In this document: positions 17,269 through 26,605 of the stretch, piece by piece
How the letters are laid out: each line of letters begins with the position of its first letter
How positions within the stretch are numbered: the first letter of the stretch is position 1
Assembly: GCA_030583765.1 (NCBI GenBank)
Contig: CP129474.1
Location: 73,709 to 137,708 of the forward strand
Direction of reading: 5' to 3'
Length of the DNA stretch: 64,000 nucleotides
Source of the DNA: Minisyncoccota bacterium
GTDB lineage: Bacteria; Patescibacteriota; Minisyncoccia; 2-02-FULL-40-12; GWA2-44-9
Program-made: the position numbers and the translations under genes
The notes under the pieces: model-generated
What the model was told of the DNA's origin: nothing
Seen by the model: only the letters and a program-made list of their open reading frames with translations
Database searches by the model: none

Positions 17269-18303
17269 ATGCGTACCGATCAACACCGTTTTCTCTTTTG
17301 GTTTCTCATGGCTCTCTTTGCAGTTGCAGTTTTAATCTTGTGGCCGTTCTTTGGATCACTCGTGCTCGCCGGCGCTGTTGCCATTGCCCTTGCGCCAGTC
17401 ACAGCATGGACACATCGCCTCATCCCCATTAAGGGATTCGCAGCGCTCCTGAATGTTCTCGGTGTGGTGGTGTTGATTCTTGCACCAATTCTGACGCTCG
17501 GCGCACTCGCACTAGAACAGGCAACGGGGCTATATCTTGCGCTTGCAAACCAGACTGACGATATTCCGCGCATCACCCTAGCACTCCAAAATATGATCGG
17601 CGCGTTTCTGCCCGATTCATTTGCCTTCGCAGAAGTTGATGTAAGTGCATGGGCGACCACCGCCGTTCGCTGGGCCATTACACACATCGGCGCGCTGCTC
17701 TCCGGCATCCTCCAAGGGATTGCTACATTCGCACTTATGCTCTTGGTGCTTTACTACTTCTTCAAAGATGGACAGGATCTTCGAGCATTCATCATTCGTC
17801 ACAGTCCTCTTGCCGACACTTACGATGAACGCGTTCTTCATCGTGTAGGAGTTGCCGTGAATGCGGTAATGCGCGGCTCGCTTCTCATCGCACTTGTGCA
17901 GGGAGCGATTACAGGATTTGGGTTTTATCTCTTTAGCGTTCCCAATCCGGCTTTATGGGGCAGTGTCGCCGCCGTCGCCGCGCTTGTACCCACGTTTGGG
18001 ACAACGCTGGTGAATATCCCTGCAATTGCTTTTCTCGTCATTACTGGTGAAACAAGCGCGGCATTTGCGCTCGCAATTTGGGCAGCGATCGCAGTTGGCA
18101 TGATTGATAACCTCCTAGGGCCAAAACTTATGGGACAAGGCACACATCTCCATCCCCTTATTGTGCTCCTCAGCGTTCTCGGAGGCGTGAGCTTCTTTGG
18201 CCCTCTCGGGATCTTACTCGGCCCCCTCACGTTCAGCACGCTCTTTGCAGTATGGGATATCTATATGGAAACCCGCGAAGGCGGGACCATAGAATCGGCC
18301 TAG
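17269..18303 (+). CDS. AI-2E family (PerM/YdiK-like, UPF0118) transporter
   Basis: Eight predicted TM helices. ...LLALVQGAITGFGFYLFSVPNPALWGSVAAVAALVPTFGTTLVNIPAIAFL... is typical of AI-2E. Confidence 0.75.
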   Translation: MRTDQHRFLFWFLMALFAVAVLILWPFFGSLVLAGAVAIALAPVTAWTHRLIPIKGFAALLNVLGVVVLILAPILTLGALALEQATGLYLALANQTDDIPRITLALQNMIGAFLPDSFAFAEVDVSAWATTAVRWAITHIGALLSGILQGIATFALMLLVLYYFFKDGQDLRAFIIRHSPLADTYDERVLHRVGVAVNAVMRGSLLIALVQGAITGFGFYLFSVPNPALWGSVAAVAALVPTFGTTLVNIPAIAFLVITGETSAAFALAIWAAIAVGMIDNLLGPKLMGQGTHLHPLIVLLSVLGGVSFFGPLGILLGPLTFSTLFAVWDIYMETREGGTIESA

Positions 18304-18339
18304 CGCGTTCTCGCCATCACTGCTATACTCTTCCCGTTA

Positions 18340-18413
18340 GCGGGATTAGTATAGTGGCAATACGATTGCTTCCCAAGCAATAGACACGGGTTCGATTCCC
18401 GTATCCCGCTCCA
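18340..18413 (+). tRNA. tRNA-Gly (anticodon CCC), with an encoded CCA
   Basis: Acceptor GCGGGAT/ATCCCGC, D-arm GTAT-AGTGGCAA-TACG, anticodon stem ATTGC/GCAAT, loop TTCCCAA, T-arm ACGGG-TTCGATT-CCCGT, T-CCA. Confidence 0.88.
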
Positions 18414-18416
18414 ATA

Positions 18417-18445
18417 TAAAACATGCCTCTACGGCGTGTTTTATA
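18417..18445 (+). terminator. Terminator hairpin after tRNA-Gly: aaaacatgcc-tctac-ggcgtgtttt followed by a T-run
   Basis: A 7-bp stem with one G.T pair, then TTTTATATT. Confidence 0.5.
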
Positions 18446-18487
18446 TTGTGGACGGATAAGGGAGGGAATCGAACGGCCGGAACGATG

Positions 18488-18575
18488 CCCCGCAAGCTTG
18501 CGGGGCCGAGAGGCCGGGTCCTGAGGCGTATGTCTGCGACGGCAGACATACGACCGAAGGCGATTCCCGTATCCC
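18488..18575. repeat. Two perfect palindromes, CCCCGCAAGCTTGCGGGG at 18488-18505 and CGTATGTCTGC-gacg-GCAGACATACG at 18527-18552, followed at 18561-18575 by a 15-nt exact copy of tRNA-Gly positions 56-70 (CGATTCCCGTATCCC)
   Basis: All read directly from the sequence. The copy matches 18393-18407 inside the tRNA gene. Confidence 0.8.
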
Positions 18576-18667
18576 AGCAGAACTATACAATCCCATATTT
18601 CTGTGGTATGGTGTCAGCTCTTGCTCATTGATAAGGGGTGCATTCAGCATCCCGGGGAGGCAAACAG

Positions 18668-18865
18668 ATGTTCATGGTTCTCGGACTCGCGATCAAGAAC
18701 CAGCCGATGCGCGTCTGCATGGATGTGGAGTGCAGAGGTTGCAAGCGCGCCGCGAAGAGACATGCATACCTTTCGGATAAGATGTGGTGTGATCACTGTG
18801 GCGTTCTCGCCCAGAATGTGGAAGAGGTCCAGCGCCTCTTCCAGCCCCGCATCAGCAGCAACTAG
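18668..18865 (+). CDS. Small zinc-ribbon protein, 65 aa
   Basis: GGGGAGG SD 7 nt upstream. MFMVLGLAIKNQPMRVCMDVECRGCKRAAKRHAYLSDKMWCDHCGVLAQN... has CxxC...CxxC. Confidence 0.5.
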   Translation: MFMVLGLAIKNQPMRVCMDVECRGCKRAAKRHAYLSDKMWCDHCGVLAQNVEEVQRLFQPRISSN

Positions 18866-18873
18866 CCCCTCCC

Positions 18874-18950
18874 GGCGTGGGCACTTTCAGCCCACGCCAC
18901 CCCTTATCAGCGAGCAAAATCAAAACACCCCTTATCGGGGTGTTTTGATT
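18874..18950. terminator. Tandem hairpins: GGCGTGGGC-actttca-GCCCACGCC, then AAAACACCCC-ttatc-GGGGTGTTTT, a bidirectional rho-independent terminator
   Basis: The second hairpin is flanked by an A-run and a T-run. It serves the + small gene and the - strand hup gene. Confidence 0.7.
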
Positions 18951-18969
18951 AGAGCTCTCGAGAACTCTC

Positions 18970-19254
18970 TTACTGAACTGCTTCTTTGAGGACTTTAGCT
19001 GGCGTGAAGCGCATCTTCTTCGATGCCTTAATGTGGATTGTTTCGCCAGTGCGAGGGTTGCGGCCTTCGCGGGCTTTGCGGTCAGCAACCTTAAAAATGC
19101 CGAAACCGCTCAAGTTGATTTTGTCACCCTTGCGGAGATGGTTGGTCAACAACTCGATAAACGATTCGAGCCACATGACGCCGTCTTTCTTCGAGACGCC
19201 CATCTTTTCTGCGAGCATCTGTGCTACTTGGTTCTTTTTGATTGTATTCATCAT
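18970..19254 (-). CDS. hup: DNA-binding protein HU
   Basis: MNTIKKNQVAQMLAEKMGVSKKDGVMWLESFIELLTNHLRKGDKINLSGFGIFKVADRKAREGRNPRTGETIHIKASKKMRFTPAKVLKEAV is the HU/IHF fold. Confidence 0.9.
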   Translation of the reverse strand: MMNTIKKNQVAQMLAEKMGVSKKDGVMWLESFIELLTNHLRKGDKINLSGFGIFKVADRKAREGRNPRTGETIHIKASKKMRFTPAKVLKEAVQ

Positions 19255-19386
19255 CGCACCCCCTTTCCATGTGCAAGAATCGATCGCACGCTGGCACGAA
19301 TGCCTGCTTACGCCGGCTCATTGCTCGTTCCTGGCCATTTTCAAGGGTTTTCGCGGAAAAAGCAAGGGTTGTGTGGATAGCGTACC

Positions 19387-20865
19387 TTAGCGCGCGTACT
19401 CAATAGCCCTTGTTTCACGGATCACCGTCACCTTAATTTCTCCAGGATATTTCACTTCTTGCTCCACCTTTTTAGCAATTTCACGGGCCAAAAACACCGC
19501 GGCACTGTCTGATATCTCCTTAGGGTGCACGAACATGCGCAATTCGCGCCCTGCCTGCACTGCATATGCCTTCTCAACGCCCTGGAAGGTCATTGCAACG
19601 CGTTCGAGGTCCTCCATGCGCTTAATATACGCCTCAGCGGTATCGCGGCGTGCTCCAGGACGCGCGGCCGAAATAGCGTCGGCAGCCTGCACAATGCGTG
19701 ATTCAAGCGTCACATAGGGGTACTCCTCATGATGCGACTCCATCGCATGAATAACACGCGGATCTATGTTGAATTTCTGCAGAATCTTTCTTCCAATGTC
19801 TACGTGCGTTCCAGGCACTTCGTGATCAACCGCCTTGCCAATATCATGGAGAAGCGCGCCGCGCTTTGCGATCAATACATCACCGCCAAGCTCTGCTGCA
19901 AGCATGCCGGCGATATGTGCCATTTCAATAGAATGGAGAAGCACGTTCTGTCCAAAGCTCGTACGAAATGCGAGACGCCCCAACAACATAACCAGCTTCG
20001 GGTCCATCATGCCAACGCCTGTTTCCAGAATCGCTGCCTGACCAGCTTCTCTAATTTTTTCATGCACTTCTTCCCGAGCAAGTTTCACCGACTCCTCGAT
20101 GCGCACAGGATTAATACGGCCATCGATGACAAGTTTTTCAAGAGCAATGCGCGCCACCTGACGGCGATATGGATCAAATCCAGAAATCACCACTGTTTGC
20201 GGCGTATCGTCCACAATTAAATCAACGCCGGCAACGCGTTCGAATGTTTTAATATTACGCCCCTCTTTCCCAATGAGTCTCCCTTTTACTTCATCAGATG
20301 GGAGCTGCACGGTTGTGGTGGTCAATTCCGCAACGTGAGATTTTGCATAACGCTGGATAGTGCTTGTGAGAATCTGTTGGGCTCTTTTCTCAAGCGACTC
20401 ACGTGCGCTTTGCTCAAGGGCGTGCATACGCTTCACCAGATCTTCATCAGCTTGCTCTTGCACATGTTCTAAGAGCATCTTGCGCGCGTCTGCAATGCTC
20501 ATATCGCCCACTTGCCCAAGGGCATGTACATACGCGTGGCGCTCTTGCGTCAAAGCTTCGCGCTCTTTGCGCAATGTGTCACGAAGCGTTTCGGCTTCAT
20601 GGGCAGCTTCGTGGGCTTCGCGCTCGCGCTCTAGTGCTGCGGTTTCAAGGCGCGTAATACGAGAACGTGCCTCCTGATCCTCAGATTTTGTTGCCTCAAT
20701 AATACGTATAGATTCCTTCTGCGCTCGCAAAATAATCTCTTGGGCTCGGCTTTCTGCCTGTAGGGTGCGCCGTGAAGCAATAATGTGGCGCGTTATATAG
20801 CCAATGCCCATCCCTACAAGGATGCCCAGAATACCTATAGTGGTCAGCTGAAATGTAATAACCAT
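19387..20865 (-). CDS. rny: Ribonuclease Y
   Basis: N-terminal TM helix, coiled-coil region, KH domain (...VISGFDPYRRQVARIALEKL...) and HD domain (...GALLHDIGKAVDHEV...). Confidence 0.9.
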   Translation of the reverse strand: MVITFQLTTIGILGILVGMGIGYITRHIIASRRTLQAESRAQEIILRAQKESIRIIEATKSEDQEARSRITRLETAALEREREAHEAAHEAETLRDTLRKEREALTQERHAYVHALGQVGDMSIADARKMLLEHVQEQADEDLVKRMHALEQSARESLEKRAQQILTSTIQRYAKSHVAELTTTTVQLPSDEVKGRLIGKEGRNIKTFERVAGVDLIVDDTPQTVVISGFDPYRRQVARIALEKLVIDGRINPVRIEESVKLAREEVHEKIREAGQAAILETGVGMMDPKLVMLLGRLAFRTSFGQNVLLHSIEMAHIAGMLAAELGGDVLIAKRGALLHDIGKAVDHEVPGTHVDIGRKILQKFNIDPRVIHAMESHHEEYPYVTLESRIVQAADAISAARPGARRDTAEAYIKRMEDLERVAMTFQGVEKAYAVQAGRELRMFVHPKEISDSAAVFLAREIAKKVEQEVKYPGEIKVTVIRETRAIEYAR

Positions 20866-20979
20866 AACGTGTTGTATCGCGAGCAGTCTAGCAAAGTCCC
20901 AGAAAAGGAAAAGGCCCGCCCACGACGTGATGTGGACGAGCCAGGAAGAGCTAGGGAGGCAGGGCCTCCTACCGCTTGG

Positions 20980-21095
20980 GGAGCGGCTTGGTCAGCAGCA
21001 CGCGCGGCTTGAGATGGTGGGGAGTTCGCAACAGCCCTCCGGTCCGACTGATCCTGAGCCGCGTGGCCTCGTGCATGTGTTCCCCCCTGACCAAC
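20980..21095. ncRNA. Candidate structured RNA: GC-rich ~110-nt imperfect long hairpin in the rny/gpmI intergenic region. SRP (4.5S) RNA or another small RNA is possible but not confirmed.
   Basis: The ends pair (GGTCAG...CTGACC; GCACG...CGTGC; GCGGCT...AGCCGC). There is no convincing ORF; the overlapping ORFs 20844..21263 and 20927..21115 look spurious. No conserved SRP GNRA tetraloop motif was recognised. Confidence 0.3.
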
Positions 21096-21206
21096 GTAGT
21101 GACTACCCAATGTAGTCCAGACGCTGCACGCTAATGAAAGAGCTGAAGTGCCCAGTATACACAAAAGAGGCCCAATGGTCAAAAAAGACGTGTATACTAG
21201 AAGCGT

Positions 21207-22760
21207 ATGCCATATCGTCCTGTTGTGCTCGCAATTTGTGATGGGTGGGGTTTCTCTCGGCAAAGCGTTGGCAACGCTATTTTTGCTGCAGGAACCACAA
21301 ACTTTGATGCTATTGGGAAAACATACCCATCAACGCTCCTTCAGGCGTCGGGAAAATCAGTGGGACTTGATTGGGGTGAGTTAGGAAATAGTGAGGTAGG
21401 CCACTTGAGCCTTGGAGCTGGGCGCATTGTACTGCAATACTCGGCACGCATTGCGCGAGCTATTGAAACAAAAACTTTTTTTGCAAACGAGACGCTCGAG
21501 CGAGCAACGGCGCATCTCCAAAAAACAAGTGGCTCGCTACACCTCATCGGCCTTTTAACCTCCGGCACCGTACACGCCAGCTTCCCGCTCCTTATCGCGC
21601 TCATTGATTACGCAAAACAGAAGAATATTACGAAGCTGTATTTACATCTTTTTGGTGATGGAAAAGATTCGGGACTGAAAGAGGCTCCTGAGCTACTCGC
21701 AAAAGTGCGTAAACATATTGCAGAGAGTGGGGTAGGTGTTATTGCAACATTCGTAGGACGCAACTTTTCAATGGATCGCGACAACAACTGGGACCTTACT
21801 GCGCAAGCGTATGCCCTTTTCACGCAAGGCACCGGAGAAAAAATCACAGATCTTGAAGCAACACTGCAGAGCTACTATGCCAAAGGCACGAATGATAATG
21901 CCATCCCCCCACTCGTATTGGATGAAAAAGGTATTGTAAAAGACGGCGACGCCATTGTGCTCTTTAACTTCCGCGAAGATAGCATTCGCCAGTTGGGCCA
22001 AATGTTTGCACAAGAGCCGTTTGATCGCGTCCCCGTGAAGCGCCCACAGAACACATTCTGCGCACTCATGACTCCGTATTTCGACCAAGAAGGTCTCCCC
22101 GTTGTTTTCCCCGCACCGAGTATAAAAAACAACCTCGCGGAATTTCTTAGTTCACAGGGCCTGCGCCAGCTTCATGTCGCAGAAACGCAAAAGTATGCGC
22201 ATGTCACCTATTTCTTTAATGGCCTCAACAATACACCCTTCCCCGGAGAAGATGACGTGCTTATTGAATCTCATAAGAAAGCAAAAGAACATCCGGAAAT
22301 GCGCGCAAAAGAAATCGCCGACACGGTGGTAGAAGCGCTTCAGACGGATGAGTATGATTTTATTGTCCTCAATTTTGCCAATGCCGACATCCTCGCTCAT
22401 GCGGGAGATCTCGAAGGCGCTACCAAGGGCGCCAAACTGATAGATGAAAGCATTGGGCGTATTCGAGATGCTGTGTTGGCACGTAATGGCATTATGATCA
22501 TTACATCAGATCATGGGAATGCCGAGTCACTTGTATATAAGAGTACTGGTGATATAGAAACGAAACATAATGCGAATCCGGTTCCCTTTTATCTCATCGC
22601 GCAAGAATATGCGGGCCAACGCACCATTGATCACCTGAGCGAAACGAAAGGAGACTCAATGGGAGTACTCGGGGATGTCGCGCCAACTATTGTGGCTCTT
22701 ATGGGCCTTCAAAAGCCACCGGAAATGAGTGGCGACAGCCTCCTTCCCCGCCTTTTCTAA
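21207..22760 (+). CDS. gpmI: 2,3-bisphosphoglycerate-independent phosphoglycerate mutase
   Basis: MPYRPVVLAICDGWGFS...GNSEVGHLSLGAGRIV... is an iPGM metalloenzyme. Confidence 0.9.
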   Translation: MPYRPVVLAICDGWGFSRQSVGNAIFAAGTTNFDAIGKTYPSTLLQASGKSVGLDWGELGNSEVGHLSLGAGRIVLQYSARIARAIETKTFFANETLERATAHLQKTSGSLHLIGLLTSGTVHASFPLLIALIDYAKQKNITKLYLHLFGDGKDSGLKEAPELLAKVRKHIAESGVGVIATFVGRNFSMDRDNNWDLTAQAYALFTQGTGEKITDLEATLQSYYAKGTNDNAIPPLVLDEKGIVKDGDAIVLFNFREDSIRQLGQMFAQEPFDRVPVKRPQNTFCALMTPYFDQEGLPVVFPAPSIKNNLAEFLSSQGLRQLHVAETQKYAHVTYFFNGLNNTPFPGEDDVLIESHKKAKEHPEMRAKEIADTVVEALQTDEYDFIVLNFANADILAHAGDLEGATKGAKLIDESIGRIRDAVLARNGIMIITSDHGNAESLVYKSTGDIETKHNANPVPFYLIAQEYAGQRTIDHLSETKGDSMGVLGDVAPTIVALMGLQKPPEMSGDSLLPRLF

Positions 22761-23812
22761 GCCCCAACCGCAGTGATGATACCGCCGCCAAGCACGCGAG
22801 AATCACGATACAATACCGCAGATTGGCCCACCGCAACTCCCTGTTGTGGCTGTGTGAATATACACGTTCCATCTGCATACACAGAACATGTTGTCACGGG
22901 CGCACGATAGCGAATGCGAACCTCACACGACACAGGAAAGGACGGCGCTGTGTCCATCCAGTGGATGTCGGTCATAGTAATGCGCGATGCCTGTGCATGC
23001 TCGCGCGGACCTACGGTGATGGTGTTGTGCGCAACATCTTTAGAAACAACGTAGAGCGGTGTTTTTTGACCCCCGAGCGCAAGACCGTGACGCTGACCAA
23101 TAGTATAGAGCTGCACACCGTCGTGCATCCCTATCTGCGCTCCGCTTTCATCAAGGATGGGGCCGCGTTGCGTTGGAATGTGGCGTTGTAAAAAATCGTG
23201 CATATCAAACGCTCCTATAAAACACACCCCCTGGCTATCTTTTTTGTCGTGCGTACCGAGGCCTCGTTCTTTTGCAAAAACACGAACATCTCTCTTTTGC
23301 ATGTCACCAATTGGGAAAATGACGTGAGGAAGCTGATCTTGGCGCAGCGTCCAGAGGAAATATGACTGATCTTTTTGAGCGTCACGGCCGGTGTGCAGTG
23401 AAAAAATACCGCTCTTCTCTTCAATGCGCGCGTAATGTCCAGTCGCTATCGCATCGGCGCCACGAGCGCGTGCCTGATCATAAAAAATACCAAATTTAAT
23501 CTCCTGGTTACACAGCACGTCAGGATTTGGGGTTTCTCCTCGTGCATATGCATCTAACATGACCTTGCCGACACGCTTGCCATACTCTTCAGCGACGTCC
23601 CATGTTTCAAATGGGATGCCAAGACGCGTTGCGACACGAAGCGCATCTGCTCGATCTTCTTCCCATAGACACCGCACACCTTCCGGTTGCCATGGTTTGA
23701 GAAAAACACCGGTAACAGCAAAACCACGCTCTTGTAAAAGCGCGGCTGCGACAGACGAATCAACGCCACCTGACATGCCCACAAACACCTTTTTCACACG
23801 CACATTTTGCAA
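22757..23812 (-). CDS. mnmA: tRNA-specific 2-thiouridylase MnmA
   Basis: KVFVGMSGGVDSSVAAALLQERGF... is a PP-loop. ...DSQGVCFIG... is MnmA-like. Confidence 0.88.
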   Translation of the reverse strand: MQNVRVKKVFVGMSGGVDSSVAAALLQERGFAVTGVFLKPWQPEGVRCLWEEDRADALRVATRLGIPFETWDVAEEYGKRVGKVMLDAYARGETPNPDVLCNQEIKFGIFYDQARARGADAIATGHYARIEEKSGIFSLHTGRDAQKDQSYFLWTLRQDQLPHVIFPIGDMQKRDVRVFAKERGLGTHDKKDSQGVCFIGAFDMHDFLQRHIPTQRGPILDESGAQIGMHDGVQLYTIGQRHGLALGGQKTPLYVVSKDVAHNTITVGPREHAQASRITMTDIHWMDTAPSFPVSCEVRIRYRAPVTTCSVYADGTCIFTQPQQGVAVGQSAVLYRDSRVLGGGIITAVGA

Positions 23813-23929
23813 TAAAAATGTGTCTTTGGCAATGTGCAGAAAAGTACTTCCTGCGGTAGCATGCTACACATGCGCCACAAGGCTATTCGTTCTGTCTCCA
23901 TCCTCCAACGCCCATCAAGTGCTCGCGCG

Positions 23930-24721
23930 ATGACATGGACAAAAAAGATCCGCGCACATATTGCGCGACACCATCCTCGCGTCAACGTTCTTGAGCCGCA
24001 TACGTGCCCCGATGCCGTTATCGCGCTTGGAGGAGACGCGACGATCATGCATGCGGCAAAGCTCTGTCGCAGTAAACATACTCGCGTTTTAGGTCTTCAT
24101 GTAGGAACACTTGGGTTTCTTGCGGCGGAGCGCGATCCACGAAACTTCTTGACCGCTGTCGACGCGCTCCTTGCAGGAGATGTACGCATTGAAAAGCGAC
24201 ACGCACTTACTGCCCGCATTATTCGGTCCAAAAAGATTATCGCAAAGTGGGATATTATGAATGACGTTGTCATACACAATCCTCTAGGCATTGTCTCGCT
24301 TGATGTCTCGATTGATCATCAACGCATTCAGACGATTCGTGGTAGTGGCGTACTCGTAAGTACAGCAAGCGGTTCTACTGCATATAACTTATCAGCACAC
24401 GGCCCAATCGTATCTCCAGAAATGCCGTGCATGATTATCACCGAACTCCTTGATCACAATACACCAACGCCAAGCGTCGTGATCGACACCAAGCACACAA
24501 CATCTATTCGTATCACCGACTTTCGCATCCGACATGCTCTCACTTTGGCTGGTACACAAGAGCTCGCGAACGTTGTTGCAATAGGCGATGGATCTGAGCT
24601 TGTATCTTTACAGAAAGAAGATACGATAGAGGTGACTCGTGGCACATTCCCTACGTTATTTGCCCATACGCACGAACATCATTTTTTCCAGACACTGCAT
24701 GATGCATTCTCTTTCCGATAA
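23930..24721 (+). CDS. nadK: NAD kinase
   Basis: ...VIALGGDATIMHAAKL... is a GGDG-like motif. ...RGSGVLVSTASGSTAYNLSAHGPIVSP... is the conserved NADK motif. The start is set at the internal Met to leave a divergent promoter with mnmA. Confidence 0.8.
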   Translation: MTWTKKIRAHIARHHPRVNVLEPHTCPDAVIALGGDATIMHAAKLCRSKHTRVLGLHVGTLGFLAAERDPRNFLTAVDALLAGDVRIEKRHALTARIIRSKKIIAKWDIMNDVVIHNPLGIVSLDVSIDHQRIQTIRGSGVLVSTASGSTAYNLSAHGPIVSPEMPCMIITELLDHNTPTPSVVIDTKHTTSIRITDFRIRHALTLAGTQELANVVAIGDGSELVSLQKEDTIEVTRGTFPTLFAHTHEHHFFQTLHDAFSFR

Positions 24722-25329
24722 TGTTTGACGACCTCCCATCACTTATCAGAGCTGCGGGATACCTCGGAATCGCAGGCATCCTCTTTGCCGAATCGGGCAT
24801 CCTCATCGGGCTTTTTTTGCCGGGAGATAGCCTCCTCTTTACGGCTGGGATTTTGGCCTCGCAAGGATATTTAAATATTTGGGTTCTCTGTATTGTTGGG
24901 TGGATTGCGGCAATTGCGGGAGATTCGGTAGGCTATGCTTTTGGACAACACGTGGGGCCGCGTATTTTTACCCGAGACGACTCGCGTTTTTGGAACAAGC
25001 AACACATCGAACACGCTCGAGCCTTTTACACAAAGTATGGAGCGAAAACCATTCTCTTAGCACGCTTTGTTCCCATTGTACGCACTTTCGCTCCTATACT
25101 CGCTGGCGTGGGTCACATGCGATACCGCACCTTTCTAGCATACAACATCATCGGAGGCGCTCTCTGGGCCGTTGGTCTTCCCTTGCTAGGATACTTCCTC
25201 GGGAATGTCATCCCTGACGTCGATCGCTACCTCCTTCCAATCATTGCCGCTATCGTGCTCATCTCCGTTATGCCCGCCGTCGTTCCTATTATTCGATCAT
25301 GGATTCGTAATCGCACACACACATTATGA
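24721..25329 (+). CDS. DedA/SNARE-associated family membrane protein
   Basis: ...LFLPGDSLLFTAGILASQGYLN...ILLARFVPIVRTFAPILAGV... is DedA. Its start overlaps the nadK stop (ATAATG). Confidence 0.8.
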   Translation: MFDDLPSLIRAAGYLGIAGILFAESGILIGLFLPGDSLLFTAGILASQGYLNIWVLCIVGWIAAIAGDSVGYAFGQHVGPRIFTRDDSRFWNKQHIEHARAFYTKYGAKTILLARFVPIVRTFAPILAGVGHMRYRTFLAYNIIGGALWAVGLPLLGYFLGNVIPDVDRYLLPIIAAIVLISVMPAVVPIIRSWIRNRTHTL

Positions 25330-26603
25330 AAAAAATACTATTTATTATTATCAGCATAGGAGCGCTTGTGATATGGAACGGGTCACGTCAAGGAGAGCCA
25401 AGTGACGCGCAATCCCCAACCGCACCTCCAGGTGCGAGCGCAACTCTTACCGCGTTGACGCAACCAGTATCGTATGCAGCCAGCGCGCAGAGCACTCTCG
25501 AAAAACTTTCGGGAACGATTTCTATTGCAGAGGGCGCGATTATTGAAACGGGACAAAGCGGACGAGCTCGAATTGCGTATCCGAATGGCACTATCACCGT
25601 TGTCGATGAAAGTACGCGCATTGTCATAACAACCCTTTCACAAGATGGCGGCACCTCATTGATCGATCTTGTTTCAGGAGGCATGTGGTCTAAGGTGCGC
25701 GCAGCACTTTCGAAAGATGAAGCCTACGATGTACGCACTGAAACAACCGTTGCATCCGTCCGCGGCACCATCTTTGGTACTGAATATAGAAACAAGAAAG
25801 CGCATATCACCGGCATTGAAGGCAAGGTGAAAGCGAAAGCGCGCAATCCAAACACTCAGCAAGAGATCGAAGGCACCGATACTGATGTCGAGCCGGGTGA
25901 AATAGTAGCTGTCGACAGCACTACCCTACCAATGCCGAAACAAAAACTCCAAAAGCGAACGCTCGCCGCTGATGACTTTAAGAAGCCGTTTGTACAAAAT
26001 CTCTTGTTGGACATTGAGCTCGAAGATATTAAAAATCCAGAGAATGCACAGCTGAGAACATTTATCCGGGACGCTATTGAAAAGCGCATTGATGATCCGG
26101 CGTTCAAGAAAAAGATTGAGAACAGACCTATTATTCAGCGCATCATCCAGCAACTACAGAGCCCCGCTCCTTCACGGCTCCCCTCTCCATCACCGCGCCC
26201 CAGCCAACTTACTTCCCCTTCACCACTTGCGAAGCCCAGCTCTCTTGTAGCACCGCTGGGCACTCCACTTCCATCGAGTACGCCGCTCAGCTCTCCGACA
26301 GTCTCTGCGTCAAGCACACCGGAACCACTTCCTCCGGTGCTCCGCTCTGTCTTGCCTAAAATAGTTCGCCCCGGTGAACAGTTCGCACTCAATGGTGAGC
26401 GCTTCACGGAGGGGAGAAACTTACCTGCGATTGCCGAAGTGATGGTCGGATCCGCGGGAACACCCTTTAGCACCATTGACTCATTTACGCTCTTTGTGAC
26501 CACGCCGGAACTTGCTCCAGGCACCTATAGCATCTTTGTGCGCGCGAAGAATGGCTTAAAAGCAGAGCTGCCCGCTGCGCTCACTATCTCGCCGCTTAAT
26601 TAA
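25326..26603 (+). CDS. FecR-domain protein with a Pro/Ser-rich linker and a C-terminal Ig-like (IPT/TIG-like) domain
   Basis: Signal/anchor, then ...ARIAYPNGTITVVDESTRIVITTLS...VASVRGTIFGTEY..., a FecR-like beta fold. Then a PSP-rich linker. Confidence 0.55.
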   Translation: MKKILFIIISIGALVIWNGSRQGEPSDAQSPTAPPGASATLTALTQPVSYAASAQSTLEKLSGTISIAEGAIIETGQSGRARIAYPNGTITVVDESTRIVITTLSQDGGTSLIDLVSGGMWSKVRAALSKDEAYDVRTETTVASVRGTIFGTEYRNKKAHITGIEGKVKAKARNPNTQQEIEGTDTDVEPGEIVAVDSTTLPMPKQKLQKRTLAADDFKKPFVQNLLLDIELEDIKNPENAQLRTFIRDAIEKRIDDPAFKKKIENRPIIQRIIQQLQSPAPSRLPSPSPRPSQLTSPSPLAKPSSLVAPLGTPLPSSTPLSSPTVSASSTPEPLPPVLRSVLPKIVRPGEQFALNGERFTEGRNLPAIAEVMVGSAGTPFSTIDSFTLFVTTPELAPGTYSIFVRAKNGLKAELPAALTISPLN

Positions 26604-26605
26604 TT

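Noticed and set aside
18346-18650. ORFs overlapping tRNA-Gly and the palindromic region; also tested for a second tRNA or tmRNA-like structure
   Set aside because: No cloverleaf could be folded. The duplicated 15-mer lacks the 5' half of the T-stem. The ORFs have no coding signal.
20984-21094. Assigning the long hairpin confidently as SRP/4.5S RNA
   Set aside because: The conserved helix-8 motifs (GNRA tetraloop with flanking AGCAGC/GGUCAGG symmetry) could not be matched by eye, so it is kept as an unassigned structured-RNA candidate.
20844-21263. 139-aa minus-strand ORF and 62-aa + ORF in the rny/gpmI intergenic region
   Set aside because: They overlap each other in GC-rich sequence with no SD. 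The region is treated as non-coding and is flagged instead as a candidate RNA.
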